Assembly (NCBI RefSeq): GCF_018350175.1
Contig: NC_058368.1
Coordinates: 107,572,001-107,636,000, forward strand
DNA length: 64,000 nucleotides
Reading direction: 5' to 3'
Origin: Felis catus
Taxonomy: Eukaryota
Shown: in pieces, positions 26,991-40,209 of the stretch
How positions within the stretch are numbered: position 1 is the first letter of the stretch
Layout of the letters: the number at the start of each line of letters is the position of its first letter
Made by a program: the position numbers and the translations under genes
Notes under the pieces: generated by a model
Told to the model about the DNA's origin: nothing
Seen by the model: the letters and a program-made list of their open reading frames with translations, nothing else
The model's database searches: none

Positions 26991-28126
26991 ATTGACAGCA
27001 ATTCTTAATACTGAACATAAATGCTAATGAGCCCAGGTTCAAGAATTTGTCTGGACCACAGAGATGAGCCCTGACTTGCCAACCAGATTCTAGCACAGTA
27101 GTGTAGATAACCTGAAGAGAACAATCTGGTGACAACTTTTGTAGCCTGGCTTCACTCCCCTTTGTGTTTGTTAATATAAATGAACCTGGAGGCATGAGTT
27201 TCTTACTGGGATAGAGTTACTCTGGAGGGGAAAAAAAAAAGGTATGTAGTTGAAATAATGTATTTGGGATGTTTTTACAAAGAGTTTATATTACTTCACA
27301 AACATGCTCCCTAAGCATCCATTAACATCTTTATATTTATAGATGCCATCCAGAGAAGATGAACTATTGGGTCCTTACATAGGTGTGATAAACGGCTGCA
27401 TACACAGTGATGAGAATGCAAGCTAGACCTTTAGCCATTTATTTCTGGCTTTATTGCTTGGAAGTTTCAGCCAACAATCTTTCTAATGTCTTTTAGTGAT
27501 TAAAAGTGTCTTCAGGGGACTAAAGATGATTTGAGGCTATAGAGTTCAGAATACTGATTCTTCTTTAACTGTATTTCATGCTCCTTCATTAATTTTGGTA
27601 ATAGGTTTGATAAACTCACTGCACAGTTGACATGGAACATTTTATATGACTCTTACACTGCTTGCAGACACAATTTCAAAATTATTAAAATAGAAAATAT
27701 TTTGTCCAATGAGTAGGAATTCTCTCCAGAGGAGTGACAAAAAAAATGCTTTTTTTAAAAAAATAACTAATGTGCAAGAAAAAATATATAGCAAAATTTT
27801 TTAAAAATATATATTTAAAATATATATCAATTTTTTTGTATATCAGGCACCCCAAAGTATAAAAGAAAACACCATAATTCAGTGAGTTGCCTTTTGAGCC
27901 ACTAATTGGTTCAGAAAAAGGTGTTAAAAAATTAAGAATGGATTCAGTATATCTACATCAGATTTGTCAAACAGCCCCAAATCGTTTCTTCTCAGGTGGG
28001 CAGTCCGCTACTTTTCTTCCCACTTTAGGCATGATTTAACTCAGCACCCTGGAAAAATGAAAAACATTCTTTTGGTTCCTGGCATCACCTATGAAACAGA
28101 TTTGGAGTTCATTTCCCTGTACATTA

Positions 28127-28380
28127 AAAAATTTTTTTTAATGTTTTTATTTATTTATTTTTGAGAGAGAGAGAAACAGAGTGTGAGTGGGGGAGGAGCA
28201 GAGAGAGGGAGCCACAGAATCTGAAGAAGGCTCCAAGTTTTGAGCTGTTAGCACAGAGCCCGACACAGGGTTCGAACTCAACAACTGTAAGATCATGACC
28301 TGAGCTGAAGTCAGACCTGAGCCAAAGTCAGACCTGAGCCGACGTCAGATGCTTCACCGAGTGAGCCACCCAGGTGCCCC
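28127..28380 (-). mobile_element. CanSINE with internal 17-bp triplication
   Basis: TSD-like ATTTCCCTGTACATT / ATTTCCCTGCGCATT. Confidence 0.92.
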
Positions 28381-29926
28381 TATTTCCCTGCGCATTTTAA
28401 CCTAAAGTCACTTTCACCACAGAGGGGATGCGCATGTGTGTGTATGTGTATGTATCTGTGTTGTGTATATGTGCTGTTCATATATGTGTATAAGTCTTTG
28501 CAGAAGGCCTGACCTCTGCAGTAGACTGAACCAACACAAAGCAGCATCTGTAGATTTCTATAGTTTAGTGTATATGGCAGGTGTCATACTAATCACCCTG
28601 TTAAGCAGACAGAGCGCCCCATCTTTTCCAAATAAAGTCTAGATCTCTATTAGGACCAAGGAGGGAAGAAAATATGTAAAAATAAAGTTTCCAATTGTCA
28701 TTACTTCCAGTATTAGCTTTTCTCTTTAGCCATCCTCATTGATCATGTCCTCAGCTTATGAGTGAGATACAGATGAATTTTCTAAGCTGGTGTGCACTAC
28801 TGAGGATGTGAGCTTTCAGCTCAGCATTAGGAAGTTTAATCACAGGTCCCTGATTCACATGAAGACATATATACAAATCCAAACCCTGTAGAAATTAATT
28901 AAGAACTTCAAGCAAGGTTTTAAAAAAAGGTAGTCATACCATTGCAAACAGGTCACTGTGCACTTGTACATCTGTGTGTTAGGAGCTCATGTTGATTACT
29001 GACTGTCTGTACCCAAATTTTAAAAATATCAACTTCATAGATTTGTATTTAGGAATATTTGCCATGATCTGAAGGGGAAAAAAAAAGAAAACCTATCTCT
29101 CGTAGAACAGTGGTGGAGGTTCTCTCCACTCACGTTTTGTGAGTTGGGCACCTGCTGATGCTATTTCCCACACTTTATGATTGTTTGAGTCTGTGTTAGC
29201 ACCCTCTTCCAGTCATGCCATCATCATCAATTTCGGAGCACTCCAGAACTTTCTTCACTGATATCATGGGGGCTTCACTTATGGGGAGCACCCATACAAG
29301 ATTTTCCCTACTGTTGGACTTGGGTTAACTTTTCATCACTACCGCTAATTATATAAAATTAAGATGTGTTTTCATGAACCTTGGTGCATAACATTTTCTC
29401 ACTTACTCCTCCAGAAAAAATTCCTTTACTGTATCGCATGGCATTCTACCTTTACAAAAAATTTTTACACTGTATTTATATTAGATTATGAGTAAATAAT
29501 ACGGTTCAAACTAAATATAGTTGAATTATTTATAAGTTACTTAGGCTCTCATAGTTTGTAATGCTTTCAACAGTCTATTCCAAGCACTCTTTTAACAATT
29601 TCTTCTTCCTTGTTTTGGAAATCTCTTCTCGTGGTACCAACTTCTGGCATTCCAACTCTTTTTATTATCTCTTTATATATCTACCCCAAAGTGTTGACAT
29701 GCATATGAGTGTTGTCTGAAACCCCAGGCCCTTAGAATATTAGGAAACTTGGCTTGGCCCCTAAATCACCACCATCTGGATCTGAGATATTGCTTAAGCA
29801 CTCACTTTAGTTTAAATAGTAAATAAGCTTAAAAATATTTTTTCACATGCAATTTTGGGTCACTGTTAAATCACATTGTTTTTGAATACAGGGTGATGAT
29901 ATTTGCTTTCACTTACATTGGAACCA

Positions 29927-30000
29927 TTTTTTTAAATTAAAGCTTATTTATTTATTTTGTGAAAGAGAGAGAGTGAGTGAGTTGAGGAGGGACAGAGAGA

Positions 30001-30058
<58 letters not shown>

Positions 30059-30176
30059 CCCAAGCTCCATGCTGTCAGCACAGAGCCTGACATGGGGCTC
30101 AGTCTCTCCACTGTCAGATCATGACCTGAGCCAAAATAGTCAGATGCTTAACCGACTGAGCCATCCAGGTGCCCCC
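29927..30176 (-). mobile_element. CanSINE with long (GA)n
   Basis: Full-length. Confidence 0.9.
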
Positions 30177-31273
30177 ATGGGATCACTATTTTTATGCAAA
30201 ATCATTTACTGCTTGGGTAAAGAGAATTTGAAAGTTACTAACCCATTTTTGTATTTTAAGTTAGGTGAGAATTTCATTTAAAATGGACTCCAATTAAATG
30301 GCTTCCTAATCTTCCTCAGTCACAGTTACATTATCAGTAATTGAGAAGGAGAGGGAGTAAAAAAGAAAAAGAAAACAACTAGAAATCTCTTGCTCAATAG
30401 GTTTCACTTTGTAAAAGCAAAACACCTCACTCAGCATTTTCTACACTCAGGACTGCTAAGTCATATTTCCCTCATCTCTAGAAACACAAGCAGCATCACA
30501 GGCATCCATCAGTTAAGAGCTAATTTGATCTGACATGACTCAGCCAATGAGACCTGGGATTCTCTAAAGTAGAGGAGAGGTGACAGTTGTGAATAAATAT
30601 AGAGTCATTTGAGGCATATAGGTTTTCTTAGGAACCTCATCTCACACAGTGGATGGGCAGCATTGATACCATTACTTTTTAATTATTTCCCCCAGTAGAC
30701 AGGTGTCACCTTTTAGTCTCAAATAACTCTGGATTCCATAGCCTTTCTCCTGACAGTCTTATCTTGCAGAAGTATTTGTATAGTTTAATGGACTTTTTAA
30801 TACTTCAACTGTTTTCTTTGCTTCTCTTAATCTAATTACTTATTATTTGCTACCAATGAGCACTTGTGCTTATAAACTCAATCCCTATGTGCTTGTCTGC
30901 TGCCACTCCCATCTTTGTCAAAGTTTCATTTCATTTTGCCGTTTGTGTGTGTGGTTTTTATGATGACTCATATGCTCTCCAATTACATGCTGATTATAGA
31001 TTATCAGGGACCTAGGAAGACTCTAAGTGAATTCAATCTATGGAAATTATGGTTTAAAATAGATGAAGTTTTCCTGCCCACAATATGAAGAAAATCACAT
31101 GGCAAATGATAGAAACACTTCTGCACTCAGTTTTCTTATTGAAGTTTGAGGGACAGAAATACAAGAAATTAGCAGTGAACCAGTGTTAGTGTGACCAACA
31201 TAAAAAAGATATATAAATTATTAATTTTTTAAAAATCTGACAGCACATCCTGACTACATTTCAACTGCCAATT

Positions 31274-31455
31274 GGGGGTGCCTGTGTGGCTTAGTTGGTT
31301 AAGTGTCTTACTCTTGATTTTGGCTCAGATCATGATCTCATCATTATGAGATTGAGCCATGCAACAGGCTCTGCACTGGGCAAGGAGCTGGCTTAAGATC
31401 TCCCCTACTCTGCATGCATGCATACACACTCTCTCTCAAAAAACAAAAAATAAAT

Positions 31456-31492
<37 letters not shown>
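31274..31492 (+). mobile_element. CanSINE with (CA)n in tail
   Basis: Head GGGGGTGCCTGTGTGGCTTAG; tail microsatellite. Confidence 0.88.
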
Positions 31493-31496
<4 letters not shown>

Positions 31497-32689
31497 GTGT
31501 CTATTGGATTCTATTTAATCATATCATACAAAGAATATACTCTATCAACTCTTTTCTATATAACATTCATTAAAAGCATAACCACACAACTACAAAGGAA
31601 GAGGGAAGCATAACTAAATGAGTATAATTAAAATATTATGGATTATGGTAGGTATGAAGCGTACTGGAAGAGGCCAGCGTCTAGAATGTCCTTGGTGAGG
31701 GCTTCAGACTAGGAGGAGGCAACCTCTCCAGAAGAATGTTTGAAGAGGCTAATATGATGACTATTGGACATAGGAAGTGTAGCTGAAAATAACATTATTA
31801 TTGATTTAAATCTGTATACTTAAAAGTCATCCAACCCCTCCCAAGACATAGTAATTTCTCCACATGCACATTATTTACCATCTAGGTAAATGCTTTACTG
31901 CCCAAGCAAACAAAATATAATAATGTCAGAAGGGGTTCTTCTTTATAGACATTGAATAAACTATCTGAGGACAGTCACATATAAATGTAAATGTGACTGT
32001 CATTAACCGAGAGGAAAACCCTTCTCTTTCCAAGCACCCAGTCAGCATCATATTCGCTCTTAAATTGAATCAGGAAAATTTACCTAGAATTGGAAAATTC
32101 CAATTGGAAATAGATATTTGAAGAAAGCCTAAAGTTGAAAAAGAAAAATCATGATAAACATAAAACTTGACCCCAGAGGAAGCAGAGATGTTTTAGGGAA
32201 CAGAAAATATCTTTAAATACATTTAATGACTACCCTCAGGAAGCCCCCCAAAAAAGATCAGTTCTAAAAAGATCAAGACTCTTTTTAAAAGAAACACTTC
32301 AGAAAAATAAGAAGGAATTATTAGAAATTCTTAAAACATGGTAATAAAATTAAGAGTTTGTCAATACAAGTATGGAATGGAAAATTAAGAAAATATGGTA
32401 GCTCATAAAAAGAATAAGAAAGGAAATGTGAGAGATAAGATAAACTTTTTTTAATCCCGAAGGTGCAATTATTTATTATTTAATTCCTTTAGAAAGAGTT
32501 AGTAGACAAAATTGAGTGCACAAAATTGTAAAAGATGTGTTTTTGAAGATTTTAACTGGAGCATCAGTTTTCAAGATAATTTAAGCCATTTAAAAAATTT
32601 CCTACATTCCTACTGACTTCTGTTTGTTAGTCAATGACTAAAATTTTTAGGATATCCTGCTATGGTTACTGATTAGTTTCTTTCTCCTT

Positions 32690-35115
32690 GTGCTCTGAAA
32701 TTTTACACTAATTAGGTATATGCAAACTTAAATTTTTTGTATCTTTTTTTATATAACTTTAATTATTATTGAAACTCGCTTGTTTTCCTCTGGTATTAGC
32801 TTTTCCTCAAAGTCAATATGCCTGATAGTAATATGGCTACATGGCTTTCTTTTTTTTTTAATTGAGTTTTTAAATTTTTCAGATAATTATAGATTAACAT
32901 GTAGTTGTAAGACTTCAGAGAGCTCATACACCCTCTTTCCTCATGTTACCCAACGATAAGATCTTACAAAACTATTTGTACAAAACTAAAGTGCAATATC
33001 TCTACTGATACAGACTTAGCCAAGGTACAGAATAGTTATAATTCTAGGGCACCTGGGTGGCTCAGTCAGTTAAGCAGAATAGTTATAATTCTGCCTATAT
33101 GAAAGTCTTTTGGTTATTGTTTGCAAGGTATTTTTTTCTATTCCTTCTTACTTCAAAGTTTCCATGGGTTAATGTTTTATATATACCTCATAAATAGCAT
33201 ATAGTTGGATTATAAAGACAGTTTGTCTTTCTAGCTTTAATAGTTTTATTGAGATATAAATGATAAACAATATAGTGCACAATATACACATTTAAAGTAT
33301 GTAGCCTTCTGAATTCAGACATATATGCACACGTATGAAATGAGTAACGCAAAGGTAATGAACATTTCTGACATGGTCAGAAGTTTTCTTCCTAATCTGT
33401 TTTTATTTTTGTTTGATCCTCAGACAACCACTGATCTGTTTTCTGTCACTGTAAATTAGTTTGGACCTTAAGATTTTATATATAAGAAATGATTTTTTAT
33501 AAAAGAAATCTTACATTATGCAATTTCTTTTATCTAGCTTCTTTCACTCAGCATAAATATTTTGAGACTCATACAAGTTGTTGCATGCAGTTGTCCCTTG
33601 GAGTCTATTGCATGGATATACCACATTGTGTTTATTCATTTACCTACTGAGAAATATTTGAGTTATTTTCTGTTTAGAGCTGTTGACAAATACAGCTCCT
33701 ACAAACATTCAGCCACAAATCTTTCTGTGTACACATGTTTCTTTTCTCTTGGAAAATAACTGGGAGTGGAATGGCTGGGTCCTGTGGTAGTTGTAAATTT
33801 AACTTCTTAAGAAACTGCCAAACCTCGCTCCAAATTGGTCATGCCATCTTACATTCCAACCAGAACGTCTGAGTGTCATTTTTTCCACATCCTTGTCAAA
33901 ACTTGGAATGGTCAGGCTTTTTAATTTTAAAATGTTTAATTTTAAAATGTTTAAAATGTTGTCAGTGGTATCACACTGTGGAGTTATTCTGCGTGTCTTT
34001 ATTACTGATGTTGATTTTTATATTACTTATTGCTAATTTATACATATTCTTGGTGAACTGTCCAAGTATTTTGCCCATTTAAAAATGAGTTTCAGATTTT
34101 AAAATTGTTTTTTAATGGATTTTCTTACTGAATTTTGTGAGCTTATTATAGATAGAATCCTTTATCAGATATAGAACTTGAAAATACTTCCTTTTTCGTC
34201 TCTGCCTCATATTTTCATTCCTTTAAAAAGCAAATATTTTTAACTTTGAAGTTTCCTTTATCATATATTTCTTTTATGGGCCTTGTTTTTGGTGTCATAA
34301 TTAAGAAATCTTTGCCAGAACCAGGTCACAAAGATTCTCTGCTGTTTTCTTTTAGGTTTTACATTTAGTTCTATGATCCATTTTGAGTAGATTTTTATAT
34401 ATTGAAGATATGGATTGAAGTTAATTGCTTATAGCCAGTAGATCCAGTACCATATGTTAAAAGGCTATCCTTTCTCTGTTAAATTTCTGTTGTACCTTTT
34501 AAGAAAATCAGTTGTCTATATAGGTGTGGAACTATTTCTGGAAACTTCATTTACATGCACTGATGTATTTTCTTTCTTGACGCAGATACCACACTGTCTA
34601 GATTGCCAGAGTTTTATAGTATGTCTTAAAATCAGGTAAAAGTAGTTCTTCCAACTATTTGTTTTTGAAAATTGTTTTGAATAATTGTAGGGCCTTTGAA
34701 TTTCTAGATGAATTTTAGAATGAACTCTTTAAACTCTATAAAATGTCTTGCCAAAGTTTTTATTAGGATCACATTAAACATGGATAAATTTGGAAAGAAT
34801 TTATATTTAACAATATTGAGTCTTCTGAACTCAGAATATGGTGTATCAATGTTTTGTAGTTACTAATGTAAAGATCTTGAGCATTCTTTTGTCAGATTTA
34901 TTCCACAGTGTTTCATACCCTTAATGTATTATAATTGATGTTATCTTTTCATTTCGATTTTTGTTTGTTGTTAAAATGTATAAATACAGCTGCCTTTTTT
35001 AATATGAATCTTGCATCCTGTAACATTTACCAATCACTTATTAGTTCCAGTAGCTTTTTTTAAATATATATATAATGTCAATTCTAATGGATTTTCTGCA
35101 TAGGAATCCTGTTGT
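32690..35115 (-). mobile_element. Fragmented old L1 (L1M-type) cluster
   Basis: Antisense ORF2/3'UTR motifs (GGGAGTGGAATGGCTGGGTC, TTCTTAAGAAACTGCCAAAC). Confidence 0.8.
33046..33074 (+). mobile_element. 29-bp tailless CanSINE head with perfect 18-bp TSD
   Basis: CAGAATAGTTATAATTCT at 33028-33045 and 33075-33092 flanking AGGGCACCTGGGTGGCTCAGTCAGTTAAG. Confidence 0.9.
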
Positions 35116-35391
35116 GTGTGGCAATTCAGAGGTAGAATGTAGCATTCTTGAAATAGTGGATGTCTTTAAACATGCAGACCTGAAATAGAGTCAGATAGAG
35201 CAGTGTGGTTTATGGGGCAGTATCTCCATTAACCTAAAACGTGGTATGTATAAGGTGGTATGGTAGTAGGAAAGTCAGGTTAGGATCAGTTTTCAGAAGG
35301 TCTTGACTACCAACCTAAGAAGGATATGTCACAAATATACCTTTAAAAAATGAATAAATGACAAAAAAAATTTAAAAAGTAAAAAAAAAGA

Positions 35392-35620
35392 GGGGCACGT
35401 GGGTGGCTTAGTTGATAAAGCCTCTGACTCTTGATTTTGTCCCAGATCATGATCTCTAGAGCTGTGAGATCAAGCGCCATATTGGCCTCCAAGCTGAGCG
35501 CCTGCTTAAGATTCTCTCTTCCTCGTTCTCTGCCTACCCCCTGCTCACACGCTGTCTCTCTATCATTCTGTCTCTCTCAAAAAACAAACAAAAAGAATAA
35601 AGAAAAAATAAATAAATTTA
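35392..35620 (+). mobile_element. CanSINE
   Basis: Full-length. Confidence 0.9.
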
Positions 35621-36659
35621 GGCAATTCAAGTCTGTGATCTCTTGAATATTGTTTTGGGCTACTGGAGATGACCATGGTGGATTAAATGATTTCTAAAAT
35701 GAGTAAACAGGAAAAAAAAAGTTATTACTCATGATCCTACTGACAGGAATGGAAACGTTTCATTTATTATTAAACTGCAACTTCCTTGACACTGATGATC
35801 TATCACAGGGATAGGGTCCGCTATGAAATAAAGTGACATAGAAATAAATAAACCATTGCTCATCTGTCCTAGTTACTTTTACTCACCTGGAGTTCTAGTC
35901 AGATAATGACTGATGGGCATTACTTTTGACCTTGCCATGTTTCTATAAAGAAATATCATGGACTTGTGAATTATTATTTTCAAATTGCACTTTAGTCTCT
36001 GTCCTCTGCCCCCCCCCCACCACACACATTATTACCTTCTACATGGATGGAAATATAAACTTATTGGCACATAAAAGGCAATTTGAACATGTGAAATCAT
36101 GACACTGGACCACAGTTTCTACTCTGTATCCATTTGGTATATGTCACATATTATGTTTGTCTGTAACACATTATTGTTTTTATCACTGTCACAGAAGGAA
36201 AACACGCTTAGTTTTTATTCTTAGGTCTAAAGAACTTCTGATATTTTCCCCTCAGGAAAAACGTTCTTTCTGTGTTTTGCATTTCAGGAGTGGGTCAGAA
36301 ATCTCAAGTACTTTAGAGAAGTGATTCTTTGGGTGAGAGCCAGGTCAGAGTTTGTATACTCTCGTTGTCCTTCCCATATCTGCAGCATCTGCTTATAGAG
36401 GTCAAATTATTATCATGCTATGAAGATTGTGTTTGGCTTGTATGCAGTGGTTAGAATGGCTTTGTTTTGAAATGTAAACAGGTTTTTTGTTTTGTTTTGT
36501 TTTGGTTTGGTTTGGTTTTTTTTTTTTGCATTTATGAGCATCCTGCTCTGTAATCACATTTCTTCCCTCTAGGCCCTGCTGTTGCTGCTATTATTGACCA
36601 ACTTTTTTTTGGAATATATGCCAAGTATTGTGAAAATGATTTTACATCTCTCTTCCTTA

Positions 36660-36870
36660 TACGTTGCTGTGTAATAAGTTACACTAAATTTTAGCAGCTG
36701 AAAACAATGAAATTTATTTTGTCTTGTAATTTCTGAGGGTCAGGGATCTGGGAGACATTTAGTTGGCTAGTTCTGGCTCCAGATCTCTCTTGTAGTTGGA
36801 ATAAAGCACTCAGTCAGCATTGTGGTCATTTAAAGGCCAGAGGGTCTGTTTCCAAGCTCACGTACATAAC
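36660..36870. mobile_element. MaLR LTR fragment, MLT1-like
   Basis: GTAATAAGTTACACTAAATTTTAGCAGCTGAAAACAA...TCTGAGGGTCAGGGATCTGGG. Confidence 0.7.
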
Positions 36871-37254
36871 TGGGTATCTGATTTAAGCCCCCAAAACTTT
36901 ATTAGGTATTTACTATTAATGTTCTCATATAACAAATGAGGAGACTGAGGCCTAATGAGGAATTCAACTCAAGTCTAATCCCATTATATTTAGTTTTATC
37001 AACTATGACTAAATTTCCTGGTGAATGGAAAATAATTTTGGGGTGTTAATAATAATTACTTCCTTCATTAGAGAAAACAAAATCTAAGTTTACTTTAAAG
37101 GGGGACCCAGGTCCTTCACTCATCTGGAAAAAATTATTTGGATGCTGTTGTGTTTTTAATTTTCACATTTATTCATATTATTGTGAATCCATACATGAGG
37201 TGTTCAGGATCAAAGACAGATTTCTTAGTAAGTACTTCATGGTACGTAATAAAT

Positions 37255-37757
37255 GAGTTATTCTCCCTATGCCTTATTCCCGACCCCTGGAGTGACAAGA
37301 TAAGAGCCAAGTCACTTGTCTTACCCTGGTGGCCAGACTCATCCATAGGCAAGAAAGGAGAAAATTACTTTTCTCTGCTTACAAAGTGGGGGGAGACAGA
37401 TGTCTCTTTATCTCCTAAAAGGATCTCCTTCTTGCTCTGGCCCTTTGGTATGTAAATGAAAGCTCTCTAGAAACCAGAGGTGGTTTCCAGAGACTGCCTA
37501 ACTCTTTCTTGAAACAAAACATCTAGAAAGATAGCAGTTCCAGTCTTCACGGCACATTGAAGGGTTAACATAGGAACCTAGTCTAGGTTGTAGCCATCAG
37601 CCTTCTTGTCAAGATAAGAGTTTTATTATCCTTTTGAGTCAGAGCAATTTACTAGACAAATGGCTACAGAACTAAATCTCACAGTATCTGAAGTCTCAGG
37701 GGGCTAGAGCTTTTTACTAGAAGGCTGAGAAAGTAAAGGCAATTTTATTTCTCCACA
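37255..37757 (+). mobile_element. Possible old ERV LTR
   Basis: Repeated CAAGATAAGAG motif; 3' end AGTAAAGGCAATTTTATTTCTCCACA. Confidence 0.4.
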
Positions 37758-38049
37758 GGGACCTACTGAGAGGCTGGGGGGGCCTCTCTCACTTCTGAAC
37801 AACTTTGTTTTCTCCCCCCATGTCTTTCTAATGAAAGCTTTCTGAAAGGACTTATAGACTTGTTCTTACCTATTACTTTACATATAAGAACTAATTATTT
37901 GTCTGTGCCAGGTGCATCATTTATCATCACAGCACTCCACACAAATTTTGCACATTAGTCACCTAAGTATCTGTGTTATTAATTAATTAAGATGATTAAT
38001 GACAGCTCTAGAGTGATTTCCACATCTATAACTTTCTGCATTCATCCCA

Positions 38050-38300
38050 TCTTATAAACAATAGCAATAATAATGGGAAATATTTACTTACCACTTCCTA
38101 GGTGTCAGACGCTGTTCCAGGTGTGTTACACAAGTTAATTTAATGTTAATAATCACAAAATAACCTAAGTAATGGCTCATTATTATTCCTACAACAGGTA
38201 AGGTAGAAAGTGTACGTATCTTGGCCAGGGTGAAGCACTGAGAAGTTACAGAGCTGAGATTTCGACCAGGCATTTGGCTCCACATTGCAAGTTCTTAACC
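38050..38300. mobile_element. MIR remnant
   Basis: AGAGCTGAGATTTCGACCAGGCATTTGGCTCC. Confidence 0.55.
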
Positions 38301-38339
38301 ATTGTATGAATTCGCTGTGGTTCATTATTTTATGAACAG

Positions 38340-39380
38340 ACAGTTATTTTCTACCTTCTATAAGCCAAGCACTGTTTTAGGCACTGTGAATCCATCACTG
38401 AACAAAATATTGACAGTCTTTGCATTCATAGAGCTTATTTCCTGGGTTAATGCCAGGTGGTCAAGTAAGAAAATAAAACTAAACAAATAAACAAATGTAG
38501 ATATAATATTAGATTGGTAAGTACTGTGGGAAAAATTAAACAGAGTAGGAAAATTGAGTCTAAAAGGAACTGCTATTTCAGAGTTGTGAAGGACGATATT
38601 ATTTTGTAATATCAATGCTACCCGAACTGAATAATATGATAAATTTAGTCCATCAAGAACACTTTTTTCTTTCTTTAAAATAAATTTATTTGTTTTGAGA
38701 GAGGGAGAGAGAGAGCAGGGGAGGGGCAGAGAGAGAGGGAGAGAGAAGATGCCAAACAAGCTCGGCACTGTCAGCACAGAGCCTGACATGGGGCTTGATC
38801 TCACAAAGCATGGTATCATGACGTGAGTTGAAATCAAGAGTCAGAGATACTTAACTGACTGAGCCACCCAGACACCCCCATCAAGAACATTTTTAAACAA
38901 AGTGAAGAATAGAACAAAGTCAATTTCAAAAGAAGATACCAGAGTTCATTGCATAAAGTAAACATATTTTTCATAAGATATTTCCTTTACTTTGTATACA
39001 CGTTTGTGTGTACTGAGTCATAAAGTCAGTCATGTTTCTTTCCGTGTGTCATTTAAAAAAGTGATTTTGTTGTTGTTGTTTGACATCCTGGAGAACCATC
39101 AAGGAGGCCACTGAGGCTGGTGGTCAGGGACTAGGAGAAAGTGGGTGGAAATGAAATCAGAGGTGGACATGTCCTAGAACACCTGCAAGCTCTATATGCC
39201 ATGGTACAATTTTTGGCTTTATTATAAGTGCAATGGGAAGCCATTTGAGAGTTTTGACCAGAGTAGCCATGATCTGATTTACATCTAGAATAGTCATTTT
39301 GGCCATTGTATTGATATAGATTGTATGGGAGCAAGGACTGAGCCAAAATAAAATGGAACACAGTTTCACACAGTTGAAGG
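38340..39380. mobile_element. L2 fragments interrupted by a SINE
   Basis: CCAAGCACTGTTTTAGGCACTG; GCAATGGGAAGCCATTTGAGAGTTTTGA. Confidence 0.55.
38675..38879 (-). mobile_element. CanSINE
   Basis: TSD ATCAAGAACA. Confidence 0.92.
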
Positions 39381-39543
39381 ATAGAAATGGGATAGAGAAT
39401 TTCTGATTCTTAGAATCACAGAAATAGAATTTTAGACTGAAGGTAACCTAAACATTATTTATCTAGCCTCCAATTCTCCTATCCAAATGTTTTTCCTACA
39501 AACAACTCTATTTTTACATCACTTTAAAAGATGAAGGTGTTCT

Positions 39544-39662
39544 GGGGTGCCTGGGTAGCTTAGTCAGTTGAGCATACAACCCTTGATTTTGGCTCAGGTC
39601 ATGATCCCAGGGATTGAGCCCTGTGTCAGGCCCTGCACTGACCATGGAGCCTGTTGAAGGTT

Positions 39663-39729
<67 letters not shown>

Positions 39730-39775
39730 CCCTTCAGCCCCTTTCCCCCACTCGTGCTCTTGATTTCAAAATGAA
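39544..39775 (+). mobile_element. CanSINE with (CT)n
   Basis: Full-length. Confidence 0.9.
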
Positions 39776-39849
39776 AGGGAAGGGAAGGGAAGGGAAGGGA
39801 AGGGAAGGGAAGGGAAGGGAAGGGAAGGGAAGGGAAGGGGAAGGTAGAT

Positions 39850-39900
<51 letters not shown>
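39776..39900. repeat. (GGGAA)n + (GATA)n compound microsatellite at SINE tail
   Basis: Seen directly. Confidence 0.95.
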
Positions 39901-39901
<1 letters not shown>

Positions 39902-40209
39902 ACGTGTTCTGTTTCAACTACAGAAAGGGAAACCCCACAATAGTAATAAAGTACTAAGCCCTGAATCAGGATCGTAGTTGCAAAGGGAGAAAATTTATGA
40001 GTATTACTGATGTATTTTTTCTTTTATCTTTAAAGAGCATATGACCACAAGAAGCACCCATTCATCTGAATGTCTATTAGACAAGGTATTCCTTGTCTTA
40101 ATAAAAGACAAAGGCATCATTTGACTTCTAACATTCAAAAACAGAATCTTGCAAATAGACTAGTTTACTGTAAAGGAATTGTTTAAAATTCCTTAATTTC
40201 TTGATTTGG

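Noticed and set aside
36288..36332. 45-nt plus-strand exon-like segment (TTTCAG|EWVRNLKYFREVILW|GTGAGA)
   Set aside because: Good splice signals but isolated, with no partner exons or recognisable homology; pseudo-exons like this are common
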